This document shows positions 9,701 through 18,777 of a stretch of DNA of 43,735 bases, piece after piece. A program made the position numbers and the translations under genes. Under the pieces are notes generated by a model. It had not been told where the DNA came from, made no database searches, and saw nothing but the letters and a program-made list of their open reading frames with translations. The DNA is from a virus. Taxonomy: Duplodnaviria > Caudoviricetes. Every line of letters starts with the position of its first letter. Position 1 is the stretch's first letter. The stretch lies in IMG/VR virus record IMGVR_UViG_3300027874_000019, positions 1 to 43,735 of that record; one strand, 5' to 3'.

Positions 9701-9835
9701 ACTGGGGCCGGCTGCCACCGAGGCGTCGGCGGCCCCAGCCGCGTCCGCCAGGGTGATCGAGGCAGCGGTCGCTTGCGCGGGGAGGACCGGGATGCCCGGC
9801 CCGCGCCAGACATTCGCGGCTGCGCCGCGCATCAC
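6704..9835 (-). CDS. Large Ala-rich repeat virion protein (N-terminal beta domain, many ~17-aa D.A.AAD repeats, Trp-periodic segment, C-terminal domain)
   Basis: 1043-aa ORF in the tail module with recurring L.D.AGAAD.(L/V).V units. Confidence 0.75.
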   Translation of the reverse strand: MMRGAAANVWRGPGIPVLPAQATAASITLADAAGAADASVAAGPSIPFVVATGLTTGSGTSRTATVSTPTSAGDTLLAVVTTQATACDISALADAKGNVYTLDTQSQVNVPMTTFFRSPGATGGPGGGPTVALASGDIVTATEPSAQTGNVQILLIDVPGAGPLDKKSAAPANGVSTSPAVSLAPTVDNDIAVVLLATTNAGGAPAISSPFTLITSYHTGVNPYNTAAWQQLGTGTAGVSQAFGATTAGGQWYVVQYQFQPAPTSTSVALADAAGGADALSVSAALGLADPAAAADQPVVTASAPFAEAAAAADTAAATAAVPVSEAAAAADAVSVTAAVGVTDQAAAAEAQPRELYEAAGAADQVTVAETTSLPDAAGAAETLTTAASLAVTDAAAATEQQSAAAVVTLAESGASAEASVATATVPLPEQAAAVEAQPRMLTEAAGAAELATATATVPAADAAGSTDTLVVAASAGTADAAGAADAIAVVVGAVVSYADAAGAAEQLGVAGAVLAGEAAAATEQATASAAVPLPDQAGAAEAIAVTGAVPLAEQAGAADVLAVPTQTRAVTDAAGAADQVSVAETTSLPDAAAAADAVVVTGAGAATFTEAAGAADQVAVAGASPAGDQAAAADAVAAAVSLGVADQAGASDAIAVVVGAQIALGDAGGAADQVAASATVLAADTGAAAEGVVTAASLAAGDQAGAADAISVIVGAQISWPDAGAAADQVAVSVAALPGDVGSAADLLAPSAALSIPDQGGAADAISVQVGAVVTLADIGAAADSPGGMSVQLAATDTGAAADSLTVAVSAQPSLADSGAVREALSASVTTARGHVAAASDILVTGLATNVFLADAAAAGELFRASAVLLTPEPTWRAGAEAARWNGHAEPARWRVAPGPSGWQAVISPPRWAAHLSPAQWEALMAAFKPIAAVSQQFINITWTSDLAGGETNPVTAALPARFAVPVSSGDETRPAEPSAWFDCVWLDPAGRQKGWIAQGSVGPLALGGLVQLTAGITYDVWGEVDTGSETVRAFVGTQKAY

Positions 9836-9848
9836 AGCCCCCTAGCGG

Positions 9849-10349
9849 CTAGACGGCGGGCTCGGCCCACCACACGGCGGGGATCACGTTCACTGCGGCC
9901 GGGGCCTGGCAGCGAATACGCAGGAACCGGGACACCCCGACCCGGGGGCGGCACGCCTCGGGGAACCAGATCCCGTAGCCCGCCTGCGGGTGGACGTGGT
10001 CGGCGTCGAGCTGGCGAACGGTGGTCATCGTGCCTTCCACGGAGGCGTTGTAACCGGTCGCGGATGTGCCGCCGACGCACAGCGAGGCGGGCTGCTGGGC
10101 GTTGCCGTAGGTGTCGGGGGTCAGCGCGGTCACCGTGGCGGCCACGTCGCCGTCGATGAGCTGGCAGATCACCGGCACTGCGGTACCGGACGCGCCGTCG
10201 AAGGACACCTGCCAGCCGAGCACCAGGATGTCGGTGGTCGACGGCGTGGCAACCTGCAGCACTGTCTTGGCGGTGCCGCCGACCAGGGCCACCACCACCG
10301 GCATGAACGGCGACGTGGTGGCCCGGGGGATCGCGTTGTACTCACTCAT
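9849..10349 (-). CDS. Hypothetical virion protein (MSEYNAIPR...)
   Basis: ATG 10349 preceded by GGGAGA; beta-rich; the track's 10451 start overlaps the upstream gene. Confidence 0.7.
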   Translation of the reverse strand: MSEYNAIPRATTSPFMPVVVALVGGTAKTVLQVATPSTTDILVLGWQVSFDGASGTAVPVICQLIDGDVAATVTALTPDTYGNAQQPASLCVGGTSATGYNASVEGTMTTVRQLDADHVHPQAGYGIWFPEACRPRVGVSRFLRIRCQAPAAVNVIPAVWWAEPAV

Positions 10350-10350
10350 G

Positions 10351-11133
10351 TCATCTCCCGTAGGTTGCGCCGCTGCGGCTGCTGGACAGGCGGAGGGTGA
10401 TGGCGGGGTAGCGCATCCTGACCTGCTGTGGCAGCAGCGAGGCGGGTGCACCGGCTGCCGAGCGGACCACCAGCGTCACCGCCTGCGGGGCCAGGGTGCC
10501 GCTGCTGGTTGTGGCCGTGGACGACTGGGCACCCGTGGCGGTAGCGGCGGACAGGGCCAGCGAAGCGGCCATGCTGGAGGCGTTCGTGGCCGTGGCTACC
10601 GCGCTGGACACCTGCGCGGCGACGGACATCCCCGCCGGGGTGGACCAGGTGATTGTGGCACCTGAGGTGGAGGTGCCCGCCGACCAGAACACCAGCAGCA
10701 GGTCGCTGGCGGACGCGGGGGTGATGGACGAGGTTGCCATCGCGTACGGGGACGCCGGCGCGCTGGCCGGGCCGGCGTCGGTGACGATGGTCACCCCGTC
10801 CTCGGGGGTGGTGCCGTCCGCGCCCTGCACCGCCGTGGACACGCAGCCGAACCGGCCCGAGGTCCCGGTGATCACCGGGGCGGCGTCACCAGCCTGCAGA
10901 ACCCGCCGGTACACCGCAGCCTCCGAGGAGGTAGACGACGCGGCGTGGAAGCTGGCCAGTATGTTCACCCACCCGGTGGGGGCGGCACCGAGCGCCCCGG
11001 TCGCGGCCCGCAGGCCGGCGAACACATAGCACACGTCCCCCGCCGCCCACCCGGACGGCAGGGGAACGGTGCAGGACGCCTCGGCGGCGGCGGTGGTCGC
11101 GTAGGTGGCGGAGGCGCGGACGGATGCGGCCAC
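10351..11133 (-). CDS. Putative minor tail protein, Ser/Thr/Ala-rich beta protein
   Basis: P.GW.AGD..., PTGW and SITP....DLLL motifs seen in phage tail-associated beta proteins; synteny. Confidence 0.7.
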   Translation of the reverse strand: MAASVRASATYATTAAAEASCTVPLPSGWAAGDVCYVFAGLRAATGALGAAPTGWVNILASFHAASSTSSEAAVYRRVLQAGDAAPVITGTSGRFGCVSTAVQGADGTTPEDGVTIVTDAGPASAPASPYAMATSSITPASASDLLLVFWSAGTSTSGATITWSTPAGMSVAAQVSSAVATATNASSMAASLALSAATATGAQSSTATTSSGTLAPQAVTLVVRSAAGAPASLLPQQVRMRYPAITLRLSSSRSGATYGR

Positions 11134-11136
11134 AGC

Positions 11137-11835
11137 TCAGCTAACCGTGCCCGAGCCCGAGGGGTAGCCGAAGGAGATCGTCTCGGTGGCGGTCCAGGTC
11201 TGGCCGGCCGCCTTGGTGCCCTGGGCGCTGACGCCCCGGTTGAAGAACGTGCCGCCCGTGGTGGCGTTGGACACGGAGTCCGCGGTGCCGGCGTCGGAGC
11301 CGAACTCGTTCCAGGCGAAGTTGGCCTGGGCGGTGCCGAACACCGACGTGAACGTGAGCGTCGGCGGCGAGGAGCCGGTGGCGATCGTGGGTGCGCCCGA
11401 GCACAGCTTGAAGTAGCTGGTCGTGGACGCGGCCCCGGTGTCGCCCTGCAGGGTGGTCTGCGCGTACGCCGCCGCGGTGGAGCTGGTCCCGACCCCGATC
11501 CGGGCGTTGGCCGCGCCGAACTTGGGGGACATCGTGGACCCGGCCACCCCGCCGAGCAGTGCCACCCACCCGGCCTGGACGATCATGTTGCAGTCGTAGT
11601 CGGTGGTGTCCTCATAAGGCGCGACCATGAAGTGCTCGAAGATCCGCGGCGTCAGCTCGCGGACCCCGGCGTAGCGGGTGCCGCCGTTGCGGACCTTGCG
11701 GGCCACGTAGGCGGTCTGGCTGGCGTCCCAGCGCCGGACCCGGAAGTCGGTGTGGACCCCAGCCGCGTCGGCGTGCGGGGCACCAGCCCCGACCACCAGC
11801 TTCTCGGCCGCTCCCACCAGATGTGGATTGGACAT
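11137..11835 (-). CDS. Putative minor tail protein
   Basis: GAAAGGAAG RBS; IGVGTSSTAA...QT.LQG and ANFAWNEFG motifs typical of tail/baseplate-associated proteins. Confidence 0.75.
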   Translation of the reverse strand: MSNPHLVGAAEKLVVGAGAPHADAAGVHTDFRVRRWDASQTAYVARKVRNGGTRYAGVRELTPRIFEHFMVAPYEDTTDYDCNMIVQAGWVALLGGVAGSTMSPKFGAANARIGVGTSSTAAAYAQTTLQGDTGAASTTSYFKLCSGAPTIATGSSPPTLTFTSVFGTAQANFAWNEFGSDAGTADSVSNATTGGTFFNRGVSAQGTKAAGQTWTATETISFGYPSGSGTVS

Positions 11836-11853
11836 GATCTTGCTTCCTTTCGG

Positions 11854-12822
11854 TTAGGCCACTGCGGCCGACTGCTGGAAGGTGAGGACGATCGACGTGC
11901 CCCCGCCTTCATCGACGCCCATGATCCCGCCGCCGCTGGGCGTGGAGATCTGGGCCATTTGCAGGGTCTGGGTGGTGCCGCGGATCGAGGCGGGGATGGC
12001 CACCTGGCCGCCGCCGCCGAGGGTGTGCCGGTAGGGCCCGGCGGCGGCCTGGATCGAGGTCAGGGTCTGCGGGAACGCCACCGTCGGCGCGGTCACCGAC
12101 GCGCCGAACACCGGCCATACGAAGCCGCGGGCCCAGCCAGAGTTCCAGCCGGCCTCCCCGATCTGCCACATCAGGATGCAGGTGGTCGCCCAGGCCGGGA
12201 TCGGCACCTGCCAGGACGCGCCCGGCGGCCACCGCACGGCAGTGCTGGACGACGTGGTCCAGTTGGTGGGCGAGCCGGGCCCGGCCGCGAACAACTGCAC
12301 GGTCTGGGTCTGCGGGATCGCCACCTGGCGCAGGTCGTGGATGTAGGAGTTCTGCACCACCGACGTCGAGGCGGGCATGTCGATCCGGGCCAGGGGGATG
12401 CAGGACTGGCCGCCGGGCGGAGTGGTCGCGCCCGCGGACACCCCGGAGATCACCCGGGGGAAGACGATCTGCCCGGAAGCAGGGTTGCCCCACGGCGACC
12501 CGGACCAGGTGGGGTCCTCGGCGCGGGCGACGATCATGTCCGACCGGATGGACCCGCCGGTCGCGCCAATGGTCAGCGTGGAATCCAGGCCGATGTTCCA
12601 CGAGTGGTAGGAGCCCTGGTAGCTCGCCTCGACGCCCTGGATGACCACCTGCCCGGGGTCGATCGTGATGCCCGCGCTCGGCGTGGCGGTCGCCCGCACG
12701 ATGCAGTCCAGGTGCCCGACGACGCCCTGCGCGCCGAGGGTGGCGGCCTGCAGCATCAGCCGCGCGTAGGCGGCGTCCACGGCGTTGCCGTCGACCGCCC
12801 AGACGGCTGTGGTGAAGGTCAT
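11854..12822 (-). CDS. Minor tail protein (upper baseplate-like; MTFTTAVWAVDG...)
   Basis: ATG 12822 overlaps the Dit stop (ATGA) with a GGAGG RBS. RSDMIVAR.EDP and IPLARIDMPAST...I.DLR motifs of actinophage minor tail proteins. The track's 13464 start is spurious. Confidence 0.8.
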   Translation of the reverse strand: MTFTTAVWAVDGNAVDAAYARLMLQAATLGAQGVVGHLDCIVRATATPSAGITIDPGQVVIQGVEASYQGSYHSWNIGLDSTLTIGATGGSIRSDMIVARAEDPTWSGSPWGNPASGQIVFPRVISGVSAGATTPPGGQSCIPLARIDMPASTSVVQNSYIHDLRQVAIPQTQTVQLFAAGPGSPTNWTTSSSTAVRWPPGASWQVPIPAWATTCILMWQIGEAGWNSGWARGFVWPVFGASVTAPTVAFPQTLTSIQAAAGPYRHTLGGGGQVAIPASIRGTTQTLQMAQISTPSGGGIMGVDEGGGTSIVLTFQQSAAVA

Positions 12823-13748
12823 GACAGCGTGCCTCCGATCGCGGGCCAGGCGTTCCGCCACTTGATGACGCAGGTGGCCGTGCCGGTGTAGTCGGTGCCG
12901 GTGAACCGGGCCAGGGTCGAGCCCTGCGGGAGCTGGAAGTTGATCATCGGGTTGCCGGTGAGCGCGCCCGCCGCGGAGGCGGTGCCGATCATCGCGGTGC
13001 GGGCCCACGGCCGGGTGTCGATGACCAGGGACTGGCCACCCGGCAGCACGCCCTGGTAGGCGATGGCCACCGGGGTGTTGACGTAGGCCAGCCCGGGGTT
13101 GGTGCACGGCCCGGTGAAGGTGATCACCGGCCAGGTGGGCGCGGGCCCGGTGTTGGTGAGCGCGTTCTGCTGGTAGTTGATCGCGGACGCCCACTGGAAC
13201 GGCGGGGTGACCGGGAACGTCAGCGTGCCCAGGTAGGACGGCACCTGGGTGAGGGTCAGGCTGTTCTCGGTCTCGGAATACCAGGTGCAGTCGGCGGCCT
13301 GGAACTGCGCGGTCCACGGCACCGCGCCCTGGTTGGCCGCGCCGTAGGCCGGCTGGATCTTGCGGCCCCTGCCGTAGGCGCGGCGGGTCACGTTGGACAC
13401 CGGGTACCAAGCCCGGAGGATCTGCACGGTGCCGTTGACCAGCCGCACGCCCGGGTCGGTCCACTTGCCCGCGAGGGTGGAGAAGGCGTCCAGCGCGCCC
13501 TTGCCGTTGGCGTTGATGTAGGCCACGCCGGTCTGGGTGACCGACATGCCCGGCAGTGTGTCGACGCCGAAGATCTGCCCGTCGTGCCCGGTGACTGCGG
13601 TGTCCTGGGTGGTCATCGTGCCGGTGTCGACGGCGGTGTTCTGCACCAGCAGGGCGGTGCCCCAGCCGTAGATCACCGCGTTCGGGTCGCCGCCGGGCAT
13701 GTCCGCGCCGATCGAGTACTGGCCCTGGGCGAGAACTACCTCGGCCAT
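12819..13748 (-). CDS. Distal tail protein (Dit-like)
   Basis: Immediately after the tape measure; YGRGRK, F.AAD..WY, N.G.APTWPVI.F.GP..NP, L.IDTRPW and WRNAW motifs. Confidence 0.8.
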   Translation of the reverse strand: MAEVVLAQGQYSIGADMPGGDPNAVIYGWGTALLVQNTAVDTGTMTTQDTAVTGHDGQIFGVDTLPGMSVTQTGVAYINANGKGALDAFSTLAGKWTDPGVRLVNGTVQILRAWYPVSNVTRRAYGRGRKIQPAYGAANQGAVPWTAQFQAADCTWYSETENSLTLTQVPSYLGTLTFPVTPPFQWASAINYQQNALTNTGPAPTWPVITFTGPCTNPGLAYVNTPVAIAYQGVLPGGQSLVIDTRPWARTAMIGTASAAGALTGNPMINFQLPQGSTLARFTGTDYTGTATCVIKWRNAWPAIGGTLS

Positions 13749-13749
13749 G

Positions 13750-16700
13750 TCAGGTCACCCCCGTGAACGTCTGCTGGCGGCTGGCCTGCAACTGCCAGGT
13801 GACCTCGTTGAGGGCCTGGGCGACGGTGGAGCCCTCGGGCAGCATCACGTACAGGTCGCGGAACCCGCCGAGGCCGCCCCGGCCAGCTCCGCCGCCGCGG
13901 GACATCTCGTGCGCGGCCTCCGCGAACTTGACGAACGCCGCGCTCTGCTGCGGGTTGAGCACCGCCTCGGGGCGGCCGGTGGCGTTGGCGTACGCCCCGC
14001 CGGGCAGCATCCAGCCGCCGTTGTCCATGAACTGCCGGTACGCGCCAGTCAGGTAGGTCACCCACGGGCTGAAGCCGCCGGCCTGGAAGTACTTGCGCAC
14101 CGCGTTGCGGGCGTTGATGAACGGGTTGAAGATGTTGCCCGGGAAGACCTGGCCGAGGATCTGGAACAGCCCGGACGCGCCCGAGGGGTTGCGGGCCCGG
14201 GGGTTGCCGCCGGACTCCGCGAGCGCGATGGCGGCGGCGATGTGCGCCGCGGAGGCCGGGCCACCGGCCGACTCCCACAGCCGCTCCAGGCCGCCCAGGG
14301 TCCATGTGCCCGACGCCAGCCCGGTGCCTGGCGCGCGGAACCCGCCGGGTGGCACGCCGAACCCGGAGATCGCGCCCGAGCTGCCGATGATCGAGTCGAA
14401 CCGGGTGCCGAAGCCGGTGCCGAAGGCGTCGACCATCCGGTTGGGCCCGACGACGATGCCGACGTGGCCGGGCATGCCCTGGGTGCCGTCCGCGCCGGCG
14501 AAGAACGCCAGGCCGCCGGGGACCGGCCGCGCGGTGTGCTGCGCCCAGCCGAACTGCTCGTCCGCGGTGCGCGGCGGCTGGTAGCCGAAGTGCCGGTACA
14601 CCCATTCCACGAACCCGGAGCAGTCCCAGCCCTGCGGGGTGGTGCCGCCCCAGACATAGGGCACCTTGCCGATGAACGACTCGGCGTACCGGACGATCGC
14701 GTTGCTGCTGCCCGCCCCGGCCTGGCCGATCAGCCAGTGCACGATGTCCTTCAGCACGGTGTTGGTCATCCCGCCGAGCAGCCGGGCCATGCCCGCGGTC
14801 GCGCCGCCGGCCCCCTTGGCCCCGACCAGGTCCATCACCGCGTTGGACAGCGCCTGAGTGTTGCCGCTGAACAGCGCCGCGGTGATCTTGCCAATGTCCG
14901 CAGCCTTGTGGAAGAACCCGGCGATCGGGCTGCCGACGTTGTGGGTGGCCCGCTGCTGGCCGAAGTGCGGCTGGTCCGGGCGGACCACGCCGCCCTGCTG
15001 ATAGCCGGGCACGCCGACGGCGGCGAAGATGTCCGCCAGGACGCTGCTGTGCTCCTTGGACACCACGGTCTCGCCGGACTCCAGCAGCGCCGGCCACCGG
15101 TCACCGCCGCCCCAGCCGGGCAGCCGGCCACCCTTGGCCAGGCCGGCGATGTGGAACGGGGCGATCTTGATGGAGCCCAGGCCGATCTTGCTCACGATCC
15201 AGTCGAACGCGCTGATCAGCCCATCGAGCACGTTGTTGACCACCCAGTTCACCGGGGTCCAGACGATCCGCTTGATGTCGTCCCACTTCTGGCCGATGAA
15301 GGTGACCGCGTCGTGGAAGGCACCGGGGATGTCCTTGGTCACGAAGTTGACCAGCGGCGCGAAGATGTCGTCGTGGATGAAGTGCCAGGCGTCCAGCCCG
15401 GCCTGCTTGATGTCGTCCCACGCCTGTTTCCAGTGGTCGCGGACGAACCCGACGGCTAGCCGGATCAGCGTCAGCCCGGGGACCAGCCACTGGCCCCAGC
15501 CGTGGGTGAGGAAGTTCCAGGCGGCCTCGGCCACGGTCTTGATGCCGTTCCACACCGTCTTCCAGTGCGTCCACAGCAGGAGCACGATGCCGATCAAGGC
15601 GGCCACGCCGAGCGCGAACAGGCCGATCGGGTTGGCGTCGAGGGCGATGTCGAGGATCGCCTGGAAGACCCCCCACAGCTTGATCAGCCCGACCAGGGCG
15701 GTCAGCGCGATGACGATGCTGGCCAGCACGTTCGGCGGGATCGCGGTCATGATCGCGTTCAGCCCGGACGCGATGCCCTCGATGATGCCCGCGGCTACCC
15801 CGGTGAACAGGCCGAAGAACTGGATCAGCACCGGCAGCAGCGGCGGCAGCAGCACCGCGAGCTGGGCGAGGATCGAGTCCGCGAGGGTGAGCAGCGGCGG
15901 GACCAGCTTGACGATGGTGTCAACCAGGGTCTGGGTGAACAGCCCGGCGAAACGGGTCAGCGGCGGCAGCAGCGGCGGGAGGATCTTGGCCAACAGCCCG
16001 AGGGCATCACGGACCAGCCGGACCAGCGACGGCATCAGCGCTTCGACGGCCTTGGCCACCCCGGACACCAGGATCGCGCTGACCTGGGCGAGGAACTTGA
16101 TCAGCGGCGGCAGGATCGGCACCAGGCCGCGGACCAGGGCGTTGATGAGCTGGCCGAGGGGCTTGGCGATTGCCTCGAAGGCCGAGCCGATGGTGGCGAA
16201 CACCCCGCTGGACTCCAGGGTGGTGACAAGCTGGGTGAACACCTTGGCGACGATGTCGAGGGACGGGGCGATGGCGGCCAGCAGCTTGGCCAGCGCCACC
16301 AGGGCATCGGAAAGATCTCTCAGGACCGCGCCCGCCAGCCCGGCGATCATCTTGCCGATGATGATCAGGGCCGGCTCCAGCGCCTTCAGCGCACCAGCGA
16401 AGGCACCGATGACCGGCGCGAGGGCACGGGCGAACATCCCGGCCAGCCGGGCGATGATCGGCAGCAGCGAGCCGACCACGTCGAAGATTGCCTTCAGCAG
16501 CACCGCGCTCTGCCGCAGCACCGGGGCCATCAGGGTGAACATCTGGCCGAGATCACGGCCCAGGGTGCCGAGGATCTGGGAGAACACCCGGATGGCGGGC
16601 ATGCTGGCCCGCAGCAGCGTGACCAGGCCGGGCAGGAACCCGCGGACAAGCTGGCCGATGCCGTCCAGCAGCGGCCGGATCAGCGGCGCGGCGGCCCGGA

Positions 16701-17439
16701 AGGCCTGCCCGAGACCGGGCAGCACGTCATGCGCGATGTCGACCAGGCCGTGCAGGAACGGCTGGATCAGGGTCGCCGCCCCGGAGAAGAAGGCCCGCAG
16801 ATCCGGCTGGATCTGCTTCATCAGCTTGGGGATCTCGCCCAGGGCGGTGCGCAGCGGGCCGAGCATCGTCTTGGCCCCGTCGAGCAGCCCTTCCTGCAGC
16901 GCCTTCCCGGCGGCCTGGCCCTGGGCGTACAGCGGGCCCTGGGCCTGCTTGGTGCCGATCAGTGTCTTGGCGGACAGGGCGATAGCGCCGAGGCCGAGCG
17001 CCCCGGTGCCGAGCGCGGCGGCCGGGGCGAGCAGCGCGGGCAGCGCGCCGATGCCCAGTGCACCCGCCCCGGCGATGGTGGCTGTTCGCGCGCCGATGCC
17101 CAGCACGCCGGGACCGATGCCGCCCAGGGTGCGGGAGAAGAACCCGCGGGCGTTGCCCGCCGCGCCGGCGGTAGACCCGCCCCTGCCGAAGATGGAATGC
17201 AGCACGCCGAACATGCCGCCGCGGCGCTTGGCATCCTCGGTGACCTGGCGGTCGAGCCGCTCGAAGCTGCGCCGGGTCTCCTGCTCGGACTGGGCGTCGA
17301 CCTTCGGGGTGATGCGGATCTCGTGCTCGCCGCGCTCGAACGCCTCTACCTTGGCGACGTCCTCACGCAGCTTGCGCTCGAAGTCGGCGTCATCGAGGTC
17401 CAGGTGGGCGATGATCGTGCCGGCGTCGAACGCCATCAC
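13750..17439 (-). CDS. Tape measure protein with C-terminal NlpC/P60 peptidase and SLT lytic transglycosylase domains
   Basis: 1229 aa of amphipathic helical repeats, ANPIG motif and periodic Trp; PYVWGG...WDCSG...GHVGI (NlpC/P60); ALAESGGNP...ASGLFQI (SLT). Confidence 0.92.
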   Translation of the reverse strand: MMAFDAGTIIAHLDLDDADFERKLREDVAKVEAFERGEHEIRITPKVDAQSEQETRRSFERLDRQVTEDAKRRGGMFGVLHSIFGRGGSTAGAAGNARGFFSRTLGGIGPGVLGIGARTATIAGAGALGIGALPALLAPAAALGTGALGLGAIALSAKTLIGTKQAQGPLYAQGQAAGKALQEGLLDGAKTMLGPLRTALGEIPKLMKQIQPDLRAFFSGAATLIQPFLHGLVDIAHDVLPGLGQAFRAAAPLIRPLLDGIGQLVRGFLPGLVTLLRASMPAIRVFSQILGTLGRDLGQMFTLMAPVLRQSAVLLKAIFDVVGSLLPIIARLAGMFARALAPVIGAFAGALKALEPALIIIGKMIAGLAGAVLRDLSDALVALAKLLAAIAPSLDIVAKVFTQLVTTLESSGVFATIGSAFEAIAKPLGQLINALVRGLVPILPPLIKFLAQVSAILVSGVAKAVEALMPSLVRLVRDALGLLAKILPPLLPPLTRFAGLFTQTLVDTIVKLVPPLLTLADSILAQLAVLLPPLLPVLIQFFGLFTGVAAGIIEGIASGLNAIMTAIPPNVLASIVIALTALVGLIKLWGVFQAILDIALDANPIGLFALGVAALIGIVLLLWTHWKTVWNGIKTVAEAAWNFLTHGWGQWLVPGLTLIRLAVGFVRDHWKQAWDDIKQAGLDAWHFIHDDIFAPLVNFVTKDIPGAFHDAVTFIGQKWDDIKRIVWTPVNWVVNNVLDGLISAFDWIVSKIGLGSIKIAPFHIAGLAKGGRLPGWGGGDRWPALLESGETVVSKEHSSVLADIFAAVGVPGYQQGGVVRPDQPHFGQQRATHNVGSPIAGFFHKAADIGKITAALFSGNTQALSNAVMDLVGAKGAGGATAGMARLLGGMTNTVLKDIVHWLIGQAGAGSSNAIVRYAESFIGKVPYVWGGTTPQGWDCSGFVEWVYRHFGYQPPRTADEQFGWAQHTARPVPGGLAFFAGADGTQGMPGHVGIVVGPNRMVDAFGTGFGTRFDSIIGSSGAISGFGVPPGGFRAPGTGLASGTWTLGGLERLWESAGGPASAAHIAAAIALAESGGNPRARNPSGASGLFQILGQVFPGNIFNPFINARNAVRKYFQAGGFSPWVTYLTGAYRQFMDNGGWMLPGGAYANATGRPEAVLNPQQSAAFVKFAEAAHEMSRGGGAGRGGLGGFRDLYVMLPEGSTVAQALNEVTWQLQASRQQTFTGVT

Positions 17440-17750
17440 TCACCACCCCGTTTCGCTTCCAGCTCGGCACGCATGCCGGTGATGTCGATCACGTCGGCCA
17501 CCTGCGCGGTGCGCTGCTGCGGCCCCCCTGCCTCGGCGGCGGGGAACGCGCCCTCGCCCTCGCGGCCGAAGGTGACCGTGCCGTCGGCCTCCAGGCCGTC
17601 GGTGTAGGCCCGCTGGATGTCCCAGCTCAGCGCGTCCCATTCGTCCGGGCCCAGTCCGAAGTACCGGCGCGCGAGGTAGAGGATTACCCGGCGTGAGCGG
17701 ACGGCAGAGACTTCACTACCGCCTGCCCAGCGCCGGTCTCGGCTTCCGGG
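17436..17750 (-). CDS. Tail assembly chaperone, frameshift (gpT-like) part
   Basis: Open -1 frame (…VILYLARRYFGLGPDEWDALSW…) with no good start of its own, between the chaperone and tape measure; candidate shift site CCCGGAA at 17750-17744. Confidence 0.65.
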   Translation of the reverse strand, partial: PGSRDRRWAGGSEVSAVRSRRVILYLARRYFGLGPDEWDALSWDIQRAYTDGLEADGTVTFGREGEGAFPAAEAGGPQQRTAQVADVIDITGMRAELEAKRGGE

Positions 17751-18157
17751 TTGACCACTTCCTTCTGCAGCCAGCCGTAGAACCTGACCCGGGCCCGCAT
17801 CGGCAGCGCTAGGAGCTGCGCCTGGGTGGGGGAGTCGCCGCACAGCTCCGCAAACAGGCCCGCCACGTCGGCCATCAGCTTGACGAACGCCTCGCCGGTC
17901 ACCGACGACAAGGCCTCCAGCATCTGGTCCGGGGAGGCGTCCTCGCCCAGGTCCATCCCGGCCAGGCCCTGGGCGCTGGTGTACATCGTTTTGAGCCCGT
18001 CGAGGAACCGGCCGATCGCCGCGTCGGTCGGCTCGGGGATGGTGCCCTTGGCGTTCGCCAGTTCCTTGGGCCAGCCGGGGGCGGTCCTGCCGCCGACCTT
18101 GCCGGTGAAGTCCCATTCCAGGGACTCGACAACGGCGGCGGCGTCGAATGCTGGCAT
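17684..18157 (-). CDS. Tail assembly chaperone (gpG-like)
   Basis: Position between tail tube and tape measure; GAGGAG RBS; helical acidic protein. Confidence 0.8.
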   Translation of the reverse strand: MPAFDAAAVVESLEWDFTGKVGGRTAPGWPKELANAKGTIPEPTDAAIGRFLDGLKTMYTSAQGLAGMDLGEDASPDQMLEALSSVTGEAFVKLMADVAGLFAELCGDSPTQAQLLALPMRARVRFYGWLQKEVVNPEAETGAGQAVVKSLPSAHAG

Positions 18158-18167
18158 GGGCGGCTCC

Positions 18168-18776
18168 TCAGCTCGTGGCTATCGCGGTCAGGTCGGTCCA
18201 GGTGATCTGGGCGAACGGGCAGGTGGCGTTCAATGTCAACGGGTACAAGCGCTGCTGGGCGGCCCTGCGGTAAGCGGTTTGCACCTGGCCCGCGGACATC
18301 ACCTGCGGAATCGACAGCACCCGGGCGAAGCCGTTCTGGTTCTTGCCGATCACCGCCACCGCCATCGCGGCGAAGTTGGTGGACAGCGTCAGCACCGACT
18401 TGCCCGGCTGGCCCGCCCCGGCCGGTGTCACCGCGATCGAGCCGCCGTTGCCCCACGCGAGGTTGACGTTGGTGAGGGTCTCCTCCGACAGCGAACAGGT
18501 GACCTGCAGCGTGGCCGTGTTGACAATCACCGCCACCGGGGTGGGCTGCTCCTCGATGTTGATGTCCTGCGTGGAGGGGTTGAACGTAACCGTGAGGCCG
18601 GCCTCGGTCGCGCCAATGTAGCCCCAGCCCAGGCTGGTCCACGAGGTCGCCACGCCCAGGTTCTGGTCTGACGGCAGGGCGGTGCCGGGCACGGCGGTGA
18701 ACATGATGCCGACGCCATACAAGACGTTCTGGGTGGTGTAGTTCGGGGGCGTGTAAACAAGCGGCGGACCTGCCAT
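18168..18776 (-). CDS. Major tail (tube) protein
   Basis: W..LG.GYIGATEAG, INIEEQ and LSEETL.N motifs typical of siphovirus tube proteins; synteny. Confidence 0.85.
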   Translation of the reverse strand: MAGPPLVYTPPNYTTQNVLYGVGIMFTAVPGTALPSDQNLGVATSWTSLGWGYIGATEAGLTVTFNPSTQDINIEEQPTPVAVIVNTATLQVTCSLSEETLTNVNLAWGNGGSIAVTPAGAGQPGKSVLTLSTNFAAMAVAVIGKNQNGFARVLSIPQVMSAGQVQTAYRRAAQQRLYPLTLNATCPFAQITWTDLTAIATS

Positions 18777-18777
18777 G

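Noticed and set aside
6704-9835. CRISPR array or DNA tandem repeat in the Ala-rich region
   Set aside because: Repeats are degenerate at DNA level, in frame and conserved as peptide; there is no constant repeat with unique spacers.
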